Assembly (NCBI GenBank): GCA_040219065.1
Contig: JAVJTD010000477.1
Coordinates: 1,520 to 65,519, forward strand
DNA length: 64,000 nt
Direction of reading: 5' to 3'
Source: Planctomycetota bacterium
Lineage (GTDB): Bacteria; Planctomycetota; OFTM77
The translations under genes and the position numbers were made by a program. Under the pieces are notes generated by a model. It saw only the letters and a list, made by a program, of their open reading frames with translations. It was not told where the DNA came from and made no database searches. This document shows positions 46,640 to 54,536 of this stretch, piece by piece; the first letter of the stretch is position 1; the number at the start of each line of letters is the position of its first letter.

Positions 46640-49069
46640 ATGTCGAATCCACCCCTGGCTCGGCTGGTGGTCGCCTGCGGGCTGCTGTCTTTCCTCGGCT
46701 CCGCGGTGGTGGCGTCTCCATCGGCACAGACCTCCAGAGCAACCTCGCAGCAAGCGGCGCCCGACTCCGACCGCGAATGGAAAGAGGATCCTGAGCGCCT
46801 GCGCCGCTTCTGGGAGAGCTGCATGAGCCCCGAGCGGTACCGCCGTGCCATGAAGGAGACCGGCATGCTCGAGGCGCTCCGCCAGCCCCGGGCCGCCGCG
46901 GCGACGGGCTGGGTGTCGACCGGGCCGTTCGGTGACTTCAACGGACGAGACCAGAATGGGCGCGTGGCGGGGATTCAGATCGTCTCCGATGGCTCGGGCG
47001 GGTACCACCTCTATGCGGGCGCCTCTTCAGGTGGAATCTGGGTGACGCACTCGTCCACTTTGGGTGATTGGACCCCATTGGGAGACACGCTTCCCAATCC
47101 GGCAGTCAGGGCCTTTTGGGTCGATGAAGCCAACTCGCAGCGGATCTTCGTCGGGACCGGGGACCCGGAGCGCTACCAGGGCTCCGGCATGTTCCAGACC
47201 ACCACTGGGGGGGCCGTTTGGAATCCGGTACTGCTTCCTGTGAGCCCGACCGCGTTCTATCGGCTCCAGATCGTTCCGGGTCAGCCGAGTCGAATGGTGG
47301 CGGCATCCAGCTCAGGGCTCCTCGTCTCGACGGACGCCGGAGCGAGCTGGAACGTGACCTTGAGTGGACACTGCACCGATCTCGCCATCGATCCGGCGAC
47401 GCCCCAGCGGATGTTCACGGCACGCCGCGGCGGCGGCATCTTTCGATCGACGGACTTCGGCGACAACTGGACTCCCTTGACCGATTCCGATTTTCCTCCG
47501 CTGAACGAGTGGGAGAGAGCCTCCATCGCCATCTGCCGCGACACGCCGAGCGTCGTGGCGGTGATCGTCGAGCACGACAACAAGACGCGGGGAGTCTACC
47601 GGAGCAACGACTCGGGGACGAGCTGGGATGACCTGACGCTCAATCTGAGTGGGTGGGGTGATGATCAGATGTTCCACGCCCAGGCGATCGCGATCCCGCC
47701 GAACACTCCCGGGGCCATTCTGGTCGGAGCCATTGACTGGGCGAATTACGGATTCGAGTTCGGGGGACCCAATTGGAACATGAATGGCGCTCCTGGGCAT
47801 GCGGACATCACTCAGCTGTACTTCAGCTCCGAGACGGGCAATGAGGTCGTTTGGGTCTGCAACGACGGCGGCATCTACCAGCGGCGGATCGTCTCTCCGC
47901 AAACGACCACCTCGATCAACGGCGGTGCCAACGGCCTGGCCATATCACAGATCGGTGGGATCGATGCGGATCGACAAGTGCGAACCGGTGGCCTTCAGGA
48001 CAATGGTGTGATTCGGAGCCAGGACGGCGGAGCGAGCTGGACCTACCTGGGCGGAGGGGACGGCGGAACGACTGAGATCGTCGATCCCGAGGCCGGCTTC
48101 TTCTGGTACGCGAGCGGGATCTCGACGCCCATTCCCTGGAAGCTGTGGAGGAGGGCGGGGGCTACGTCCGAGAACGTCACCTATCCGTTCGGCAACTCGG
48201 GTCCCCTCGTCTACGCCCGCCGAACGAATCGAATGTACTCGGCGTCATCCGACGACGTCCTTTCCAGAGATCAATCCGGCTCGGTCTCGACCGACTGGAC
48301 CGTCGAAGTCGGCAGCCTCCAAGGCGACCCCTACCAGATCGGCCAGATCTTCGGCTCGCAAGCGGATGAGGACACCCTCTTCGTCAACTTTCGGGGCACG
48401 AACGCAGGCGACCTGACGATGTGCCGCCGGAATGGCGCTTCCTGGGACAAGATCCACCGGGAAGGGGTCTCGAGCGGGGAGATCCTCCGGGTCGCGACGT
48501 CGCCGCTCTGGAAGGACGAGCTCTGGATCACCGTCAATGCCCAATCGAGCCCGGGCGCCGCCCTGATCCGACACTCGACGGATGCGGGTGCGACTTGGGA
48601 GGACGTCGACGGCGGCCTCGGATCGCTCCAGGCCGTCCGGTGCCTGGCCGTCACGCCCTACGATCCGCGCGTGATGTACGCGGGTACCGACATCGGCGTG
48701 TTCCGGACCACCGACGGTGGGCAGAGCTGGTCGCCGTACCAAGACGGATTGCCGGTCGTCCGCGTCACTGCGATGCAGTTCGTCCCCGACGACCAGCTCC
48801 AAGGCAACAACAAGCTGGTGCTCTCGACTTATGGGCGAGGGACCTTCGAGCGCGTGATCCCCGGCCCCTCGCTGATCTTCGTCGACAAGGCCGCGACCGG
48901 CACCGAGGACGGGACCTACGAGCATCCCTTCAACACCGTGGCCGAGGCACTGGCGGCCGCTTCGTCGGGCGACATCGTGATGATCCGGGCCAATACCTAC
49001 CTCGAGCCGCAGACGACGACCAAGAACGTCACGCTCCTGACCTTTGAAGGGACGTCGGTCATTCGCTGA
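46640..49069 (+). CDS. Secreted BNR/Asp-box beta-propeller protein with C-terminal 65-aa beta-helix-cap-like module, 809 aa
   Basis: ATG 46640 after GGAGGA. Signal peptide MSNPPLARLVVACGLLSFLGSAVVA. Repeated S-x-D-x-G-x-T/S-W motifs (STDFGDNWTPL, SNDSGTSWDDLT, STDAGASWNV, TTDGGQSWSP). C-terminus ...EDGTYEHPFNTVAEALAAASSGDIVMIRANTYLEPQTTTKNVTLLTFEGTSVIR. Confidence 0.75.
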   Translation: MSNPPLARLVVACGLLSFLGSAVVASPSAQTSRATSQQAAPDSDREWKEDPERLRRFWESCMSPERYRRAMKETGMLEALRQPRAAAATGWVSTGPFGDFNGRDQNGRVAGIQIVSDGSGGYHLYAGASSGGIWVTHSSTLGDWTPLGDTLPNPAVRAFWVDEANSQRIFVGTGDPERYQGSGMFQTTTGGAVWNPVLLPVSPTAFYRLQIVPGQPSRMVAASSSGLLVSTDAGASWNVTLSGHCTDLAIDPATPQRMFTARRGGGIFRSTDFGDNWTPLTDSDFPPLNEWERASIAICRDTPSVVAVIVEHDNKTRGVYRSNDSGTSWDDLTLNLSGWGDDQMFHAQAIAIPPNTPGAILVGAIDWANYGFEFGGPNWNMNGAPGHADITQLYFSSETGNEVVWVCNDGGIYQRRIVSPQTTTSINGGANGLAISQIGGIDADRQVRTGGLQDNGVIRSQDGGASWTYLGGGDGGTTEIVDPEAGFFWYASGISTPIPWKLWRRAGATSENVTYPFGNSGPLVYARRTNRMYSASSDDVLSRDQSGSVSTDWTVEVGSLQGDPYQIGQIFGSQADEDTLFVNFRGTNAGDLTMCRRNGASWDKIHREGVSSGEILRVATSPLWKDELWITVNAQSSPGAALIRHSTDAGATWEDVDGGLGSLQAVRCLAVTPYDPRVMYAGTDIGVFRTTDGGQSWSPYQDGLPVVRVTAMQFVPDDQLQGNNKLVLSTYGRGTFERVIPGPSLIFVDKAATGTEDGTYEHPFNTVAEALAAASSGDIVMIRANTYLEPQTTTKNVTLLTFEGTSVIR

Positions 49070-49251
49070 TTGATCGACCGGTCGATATTTCTCGAACGAC
49101 GTGACGCAATCCGCCCGCGGCTTCCGCGTCCTGCTTGATGGCGGCACCTCGGCGCACCTCCCGAGGCTCCGCTCGCCGGCACCGAGTGTCGCTCCGGAGC
49201 GGCGTTGCGCCGTCTCCGATTGAAAGTCAGTCAGAAGGAGTCCGAGACGTG

Positions 49252-51549
49252 ATGAGAACCCCAAGCTCTCTTTGGATGATGCTGATCGTCGTGATCGGTG
49301 GCCTCGCTGCCTGGGCCACGGGGCAGGAGGAGCCCGTTTCCCCGCAGGCGGTGACGGACGACGAGGCCGTGGCGAGTACGGTCCCTGACGCCGCGCCGGA
49401 GGCGGCTCCCGCGTCCCTGCCCGAGGCGCTGCCTCAGTACGATTGGAGCGATCTCGACGGCGACGGCACGCAGGAGGCCATCGTTCAGGGACCGTATGGA
49501 GGCCAGCGCGTGTATCGCTACCTCGGCGGCTCCACCTTCGAGGACGTGACCAACCTGTGGCAGCTCCGCGTGCTCGCCGATGCCCAGGGAGCTCTTTGGG
49601 AGGACTTCGACGGTGACGGGCGCACCGACGCCCTCGTCGTGACCCGAGACGGCACGGCCCGGCTGATGAAGAACGCTGGAGAGAGCTTCCAGGACGTGAC
49701 TCTCGAGACCGGCCTGGAAGGCATCGAGGACGTCCGCTCGGTGAAGACGCTCCCCGTCGACGAGGACGGGCAAGTCGATCTCCAGATCGAGACGAAGGAC
49801 GGGACGAAGGCCTTCAAGGGCAGCTCGAGCGGCCGCTTCGAGTCCATCCCGCTGCCCCAGCCCAAGGAGGGTGACTTTCCGGCGCCCCAGCCGGGTGCCG
49901 GCCCCTCGAGCCGAGGCTCTCGCTTGGCGGGTCGCGTCGGCGCGGGCTTCCTCGAGATCCCGTCGAACACGTTCGGTGGAGGCACGGGCCCGACGCCGAA
50001 TCCCTCGGGACCTCCGGGGCAGCCGCCGGGACCGGCTGGCTCTACGCCCGCCTGTGTGTCCGCCATCGAAGACGTCTCGGGTGGCGCTTGCCTGCAGGCT
50101 TCGTCGGTGCCGACGCTCGGGCTCTTGCATCCCTTGAGCGACGACTTCTTCATCGACTCGTCGGGACGCATCGGCATCGGGACGACGTCGCCGGCTCAGG
50201 ATGTCGAGGTGCAAGATGGGCAGGCCGTCGTCCGATTGAGCACCACCGGCTCGAGCTCCGGCTCGGTGATCGAGCTGCGAAACACGGCTGCTGCACCCAC
50301 TTTCTGGGGCGCCATCAACTTCACGAAGAACAACCACTCGGTGGCGGGTCAGCTCGGTGTTCGCGGTGATGGTGCCATGACGTTTCGCGCCGGGACGGGC
50401 GCGACCGAGAGGCTCCGCGCCGATGACTCCGGAATCCTCGTGACCGGCAGCACGTCGATGACAGAGGATCTCTTCGTCCAGGGTGACGGGCAGGTCGACG
50501 GGAAGCTCGCCGTCGGACCCGCCTTCGGCAACGAGCTCAACCTCCTGAATCTCCTGCCGTTGCCAGGCTCGAACGGCTCGACGAACGGAATCTCGTTCGT
50601 GTCGTCCTCGTTCCCGACGCTCACGACCATGAGCTTGGGGCTCGACTATTCGCCATCGGGCATCGAGCGGGACCGTTTGAGCTTTTACGACTCCAATAAC
50701 TCGTCGATCCTGACGGCCGAGAACCGAGGCTATCTCGGAATTGGAACCTCTTCCCCCGATCATCGGCTCGAGATCATCAACCGGTCGTCGGGTGTGGGCG
50801 CGTCTGTCCTGCATCTCGAGCAAGACACGGCAGATCCGATTCTGACCGCCGAGAGCCCAGGGAGTCCGGACTCGAACTTCCGAATCGAGAATGACGGGCG
50901 TATCTATGCGCGCTCCTCTACCGGTTCGGGCATCCCGACCTCGACGGTCTACGCAGAGAACTCCTCGACGGGGATGGGAATCGGCTTGACGGCGCGCACC
51001 TATGGCACCGACGCGACCGTCGTGTTCGATCAACGAGGCTCGGGAGACATCGCCCGAGGATTCACCGGCGGTAGCCTCGTCTTTCGAGTCTTGAATACGG
51101 GTCGCGTGGTCACCACGGCCCTGCAGATCACGGGCGGCGGCGATCTCGTCGAGGGCTTCGAGACAGGGGAACAGGAGTGTGAGCCCGGCTCGGTCCTGGT
51201 CATCGATCCGGATCGGCCCGGCGAGCTCATGCTGTCCGACTCGGCCTACGATGCGAAGGTCGCCGGCGTCGTGTCCGGCGCAAACGGCGTGAACCATGGC
51301 ATTCGCATGGGACAGGACGATGTGCTCGATGGCGACACCCTCGTCGCGATGACGGGCCGTGTGTACGTGAAGTGCACCACCGAGAATGGCGCGATCCGCC
51401 CGGGAGACCGTTTGACGACGTCTTCCCTGGCCGGCCACGCCATGAAGGCGACCGACGCCGCCCGAACGGACGGAGCCGTGATCGGCAAGGCGATGTCGAG
51501 CCTCGATGAAGAGACGGGCCTCGTGCTCGTGCTCGTGAATCTCCAATGA
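49252..51549 (+). CDS. Secreted FG-GAP/VCBS-like propeller N-terminus fused to a phage-tail-fibre-like C-terminal region, 765 aa
   Basis: ATG 49252. DLDGDGTQEAIVQ, EDFDGDGRTDALVV repeats. C-terminal half carries two GIGTtSP...LEv motifs (RIGIGTTSPAQDVEVQ, GYLGIGTSSPDHRLEII) and a terminal ...GDRLTTSSLAGHAMKA...GAVIGKAMSSL...GLVLVLVNLQ domain. Confidence 0.7.
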   Translation: MRTPSSLWMMLIVVIGGLAAWATGQEEPVSPQAVTDDEAVASTVPDAAPEAAPASLPEALPQYDWSDLDGDGTQEAIVQGPYGGQRVYRYLGGSTFEDVTNLWQLRVLADAQGALWEDFDGDGRTDALVVTRDGTARLMKNAGESFQDVTLETGLEGIEDVRSVKTLPVDEDGQVDLQIETKDGTKAFKGSSSGRFESIPLPQPKEGDFPAPQPGAGPSSRGSRLAGRVGAGFLEIPSNTFGGGTGPTPNPSGPPGQPPGPAGSTPACVSAIEDVSGGACLQASSVPTLGLLHPLSDDFFIDSSGRIGIGTTSPAQDVEVQDGQAVVRLSTTGSSSGSVIELRNTAAAPTFWGAINFTKNNHSVAGQLGVRGDGAMTFRAGTGATERLRADDSGILVTGSTSMTEDLFVQGDGQVDGKLAVGPAFGNELNLLNLLPLPGSNGSTNGISFVSSSFPTLTTMSLGLDYSPSGIERDRLSFYDSNNSSILTAENRGYLGIGTSSPDHRLEIINRSSGVGASVLHLEQDTADPILTAESPGSPDSNFRIENDGRIYARSSTGSGIPTSTVYAENSSTGMGIGLTARTYGTDATVVFDQRGSGDIARGFTGGSLVFRVLNTGRVVTTALQITGGGDLVEGFETGEQECEPGSVLVIDPDRPGELMLSDSAYDAKVAGVVSGANGVNHGIRMGQDDVLDGDTLVAMTGRVYVKCTTENGAIRPGDRLTTSSLAGHAMKATDAARTDGAVIGKAMSSLDEETGLVLVLVNLQ

Positions 51550-51639
51550 AGTGATCGATCCACTCGGAGCGTCGCGTGGCGGGTCCGGCATGCCGGTCGG
51601 GCCCGTCCGTTCTCGAGTCCAACCCGGGAGACCCCGTGC

Positions 51640-54480
51640 ATGATCCCTCTTTGCTCCAGCTTGATCGTGGCACTCGCCTTGACCAGTTTCGGTGAGTCCG
51701 CTTCCGTGGCGATGCCTCAGGAATCGGGCTCGCGTGCTGACGATGCGCCGGCGAGGCACTTCGTCTTTCAAGGCCGGCTGGAGAGACGAGCGAAGCCGTT
51801 CTCGGGCTCGGTTCGTGCGCGTCTCGCCATGACACAGGGGCCCGAGACGATTTGGACGAGCGGTGGCTCACTCGAGAATCCGCCCCAGTCCGAGGAGGGG
51901 TTCTCGGTGACGGTTCGAGAGGGCCGCTTCGAGATCCCGATCGGGAGTGAGGGCATGACTCCGCTTCCAGAGACCTTGGTCGAGGCAGACACCTCGATCC
52001 GGCTCTGGGTCTGGATCGATGCAGGCGACGGGTTCGAGCTGGTCGAGAACCGCATCGCTTGGCCGCGAGAGTCAGGACCCTCCGAGGCGGGTCGGCCGGC
52101 TCCGATCTTCGGCCATGAACAGGAGGGGGAGAAGGGAGACGAAGGCACGCATGCGGACGATGCCGCCGAGTATTGGCTGAGTCGAAACGGATTGCGCCCT
52201 GAGGGAGCTCTGCGTAAGGCGAGGGCTCAGATGCAGCGCATGGGCGGTCCGAGTGTCCAAGACGGTGCGATCGGCTCCTGGGAGGCACTCGGCCCGGGGA
52301 ACATCGGTGGTCGCCTTCGGGCGATCCTGATCCATCCGACTCAGCACGACCGGATGTGGATCGGCAGCACCGGTGGCGGCATCTGGACGACAACCAATGG
52401 TGGTGCGAGCTGGACGCCAGTGAGCGACTTCATCGCGAGCCTGTCGGTGACGTCCATCGTCATGGACCCGACGAACTCGAGCATCCTGTACGCTTCCACC
52501 GGTGAAGACTTCACGCTTAGCGGGATCCAAGGTGCCGGCATCTTCAAGAGCACCGATGGGGGCACCACCTGGAATCAGCTCGCGAGCACGGACACCAGTG
52601 ACTTCTTCTGGGTCACGCGGCTGGCGCATCACCCGACGCAGCCCGGAGTCCTCTTCGCCACGGCGCGTTCGGGAGTGTGGCTTACCTTGAATGGCGGGCA
52701 GAGTTGGATCGACACCCAGCTTCCGACTCTGGCGACGGCGATGGACGTCGACATCCACCCGACCAATCCCTCGGTCGTGTTCGTCGGGACTCAGAGCGGT
52801 GTCTATCTGACGGTGAACTGCAGCTATTCCGACCCTTTGACGTGCAATTGGCAGAATCAGTCCACGGGGGCGACTGGCAAGCTTCCCGCCGGGTCGAGTC
52901 GCTGTGAGATCGATCTTGCCATTGATTCTGGAGGCGTGCTGTATACATACGCCGGTGTGAATGTCAATGGCGGCGAGGTTTGGCTATCGACGAACTCCGG
53001 CTCCACCTGGAATCGGAAGAACACCGGGACGAACTACTTCGTGGGGGCCGGAAACCAGGGCGATTATGACAATGCAGTCTGGGTCGATCCTGTGGACCCG
53101 CGAAATATCGTCGTAGGCGGCATCGACCTTTGGCGAAGCTCCAACGAAGGCGTGACGCTGACGAAGATCAGCGACTGGAAGGACTACCATCGAGGAACCT
53201 CGGCACATGCCGATCAGCACGTGATCGTCGAGCATCCTGGCTTTAATGGAAGCTCCAATCGCACGGTCTTCTTCGGCAACGATGGAGGCATTCAAAAGGC
53301 CCTGAATGTTCAGACGGTCAGCGAGAATAGCGGCTGGACCAACCTCGCCAATGGCTTGGCCGTGACTCAGTTCTACGGTGGCGCTGCGGCACCGGACGGC
53401 AGTGTGATCGTGGGGGGATCCCAAGACAACGACCACCTTCGGTATCGCCCCGCCGATGGTGCCAACGGGTGGTATCAAGCAACGACGGGCGACGGCGGCT
53501 TCGCCGCCGTAGACTATCTCGATCCGGCCACGATCTACGGCGAGTACGTTTACTTGAGGATCAAGAAGAGCACGGATGGGGGCAACACCTACTCGTGGGC
53601 CACGACCGGCTTGGGTGACGCGAACACCAGCGCTCTCTTCATCGCACCTTTCGTGCTCGATCCGAACTTCTCCAGCCGACTCGTCGCCGGTGGCAGCAGC
53701 ATTTGGCTGACGACGAATCGCGCGGACAACTGGTCGGCGATTCGAGGCTCGCTCGGAAACGGCATCCACTGCAGCGCGGTCGACATCGCCTTGGGCAACT
53801 CGAATGTCATCTGGGTCGGCTACAGAGACGGGACGGTGTCGTTCACGCCAGATGGCGGTACCCAGTGGGCGAACGTCGACAACGGCTTGCCCAACCGCTT
53901 CGTGACCGACATCGCGATCAATCCGAAGGACAGCGCCGAGGTCATCGTGACGTTCGGTGGCTATGCGCCGGACAACGTCTGGATCACGTCCAACAACGGA
54001 TCGACTTGGGATCCCATCTCGGGCTCGGGTCCGAGCGGCCTGCCCGAGATCCCGATGAACTCGGTGCGGTACCATCCTGTCCTCTCGGACTGGATTTACG
54101 TTGGAAGCGAGCTGGGGGTGTTCGCCTCCGAGGACAAGGGAGAGCGTTGGAGCATCAGCCGCGGGGCGGTCGGGTCGGAAGGTCCCGTGAACACCCGAGT
54201 CACCGAGCTGTTCTGGCAAGGAACCGACCTGATCGCGACCACTTACGGCCGCGGCATGTTTCGGGTCACACCGGCGGGCATCCTCTTCGTCGACTTGACC
54301 TACGTCGGTCCTGAGGACGGCAGCTTCACGAGACCTTTCAACACGGTCAACGAAGCCATCGCTGCGGCGGCCAACGGCACGACGATCTACGTGCGCGGCG
54401 GCACCTACAGCGAGGGCTCCGTGCTGATGACCACCGCGGGGGAGCTCCGCATCTACGAAGGCAGCATCGTCATTCGCTGA
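51640..54480 (+). CDS. Secreted BNR/Asp-box beta-propeller paralog with the same C-terminal cap-like module, 946 aa
   Basis: Asp-box motifs (TTNGGASWTPV, STDGGTTWNQL, TLNGGQSWID, STNSGSTWN, STDGGNTYSW, SNNGSTWDPI). C-terminus ...EDGSFTRPFNTVNEAIAAAANGTTIYVRGGTYSEGSVLMTTAGELRIYEGSIVIR. Confidence 0.75.
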   Translation: MIPLCSSLIVALALTSFGESASVAMPQESGSRADDAPARHFVFQGRLERRAKPFSGSVRARLAMTQGPETIWTSGGSLENPPQSEEGFSVTVREGRFEIPIGSEGMTPLPETLVEADTSIRLWVWIDAGDGFELVENRIAWPRESGPSEAGRPAPIFGHEQEGEKGDEGTHADDAAEYWLSRNGLRPEGALRKARAQMQRMGGPSVQDGAIGSWEALGPGNIGGRLRAILIHPTQHDRMWIGSTGGGIWTTTNGGASWTPVSDFIASLSVTSIVMDPTNSSILYASTGEDFTLSGIQGAGIFKSTDGGTTWNQLASTDTSDFFWVTRLAHHPTQPGVLFATARSGVWLTLNGGQSWIDTQLPTLATAMDVDIHPTNPSVVFVGTQSGVYLTVNCSYSDPLTCNWQNQSTGATGKLPAGSSRCEIDLAIDSGGVLYTYAGVNVNGGEVWLSTNSGSTWNRKNTGTNYFVGAGNQGDYDNAVWVDPVDPRNIVVGGIDLWRSSNEGVTLTKISDWKDYHRGTSAHADQHVIVEHPGFNGSSNRTVFFGNDGGIQKALNVQTVSENSGWTNLANGLAVTQFYGGAAAPDGSVIVGGSQDNDHLRYRPADGANGWYQATTGDGGFAAVDYLDPATIYGEYVYLRIKKSTDGGNTYSWATTGLGDANTSALFIAPFVLDPNFSSRLVAGGSSIWLTTNRADNWSAIRGSLGNGIHCSAVDIALGNSNVIWVGYRDGTVSFTPDGGTQWANVDNGLPNRFVTDIAINPKDSAEVIVTFGGYAPDNVWITSNNGSTWDPISGSGPSGLPEIPMNSVRYHPVLSDWIYVGSELGVFASEDKGERWSISRGAVGSEGPVNTRVTELFWQGTDLIATTYGRGMFRVTPAGILFVDLTYVGPEDGSFTRPFNTVNEAIAAAANGTTIYVRGGTYSEGSVLMTTAGELRIYEGSIVIR

Positions 54481-54536
54481 TCGGGGTGTTGTTCGGTGGA
54501 GCTCGAGACTCTTTGTGGGCTGCGCAGGAGATTCGG

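Noticed and set aside
51300-51549. Biotinyl/lipoyl-like AMK motif (GHAMKA) at the C-terminus of the tail-fibre-like protein
   Set aside because: It lacks the E-A-M-K-M context of biotin carboxyl carrier domains and occurs in a secreted protein. Treated as coincidental similarity.
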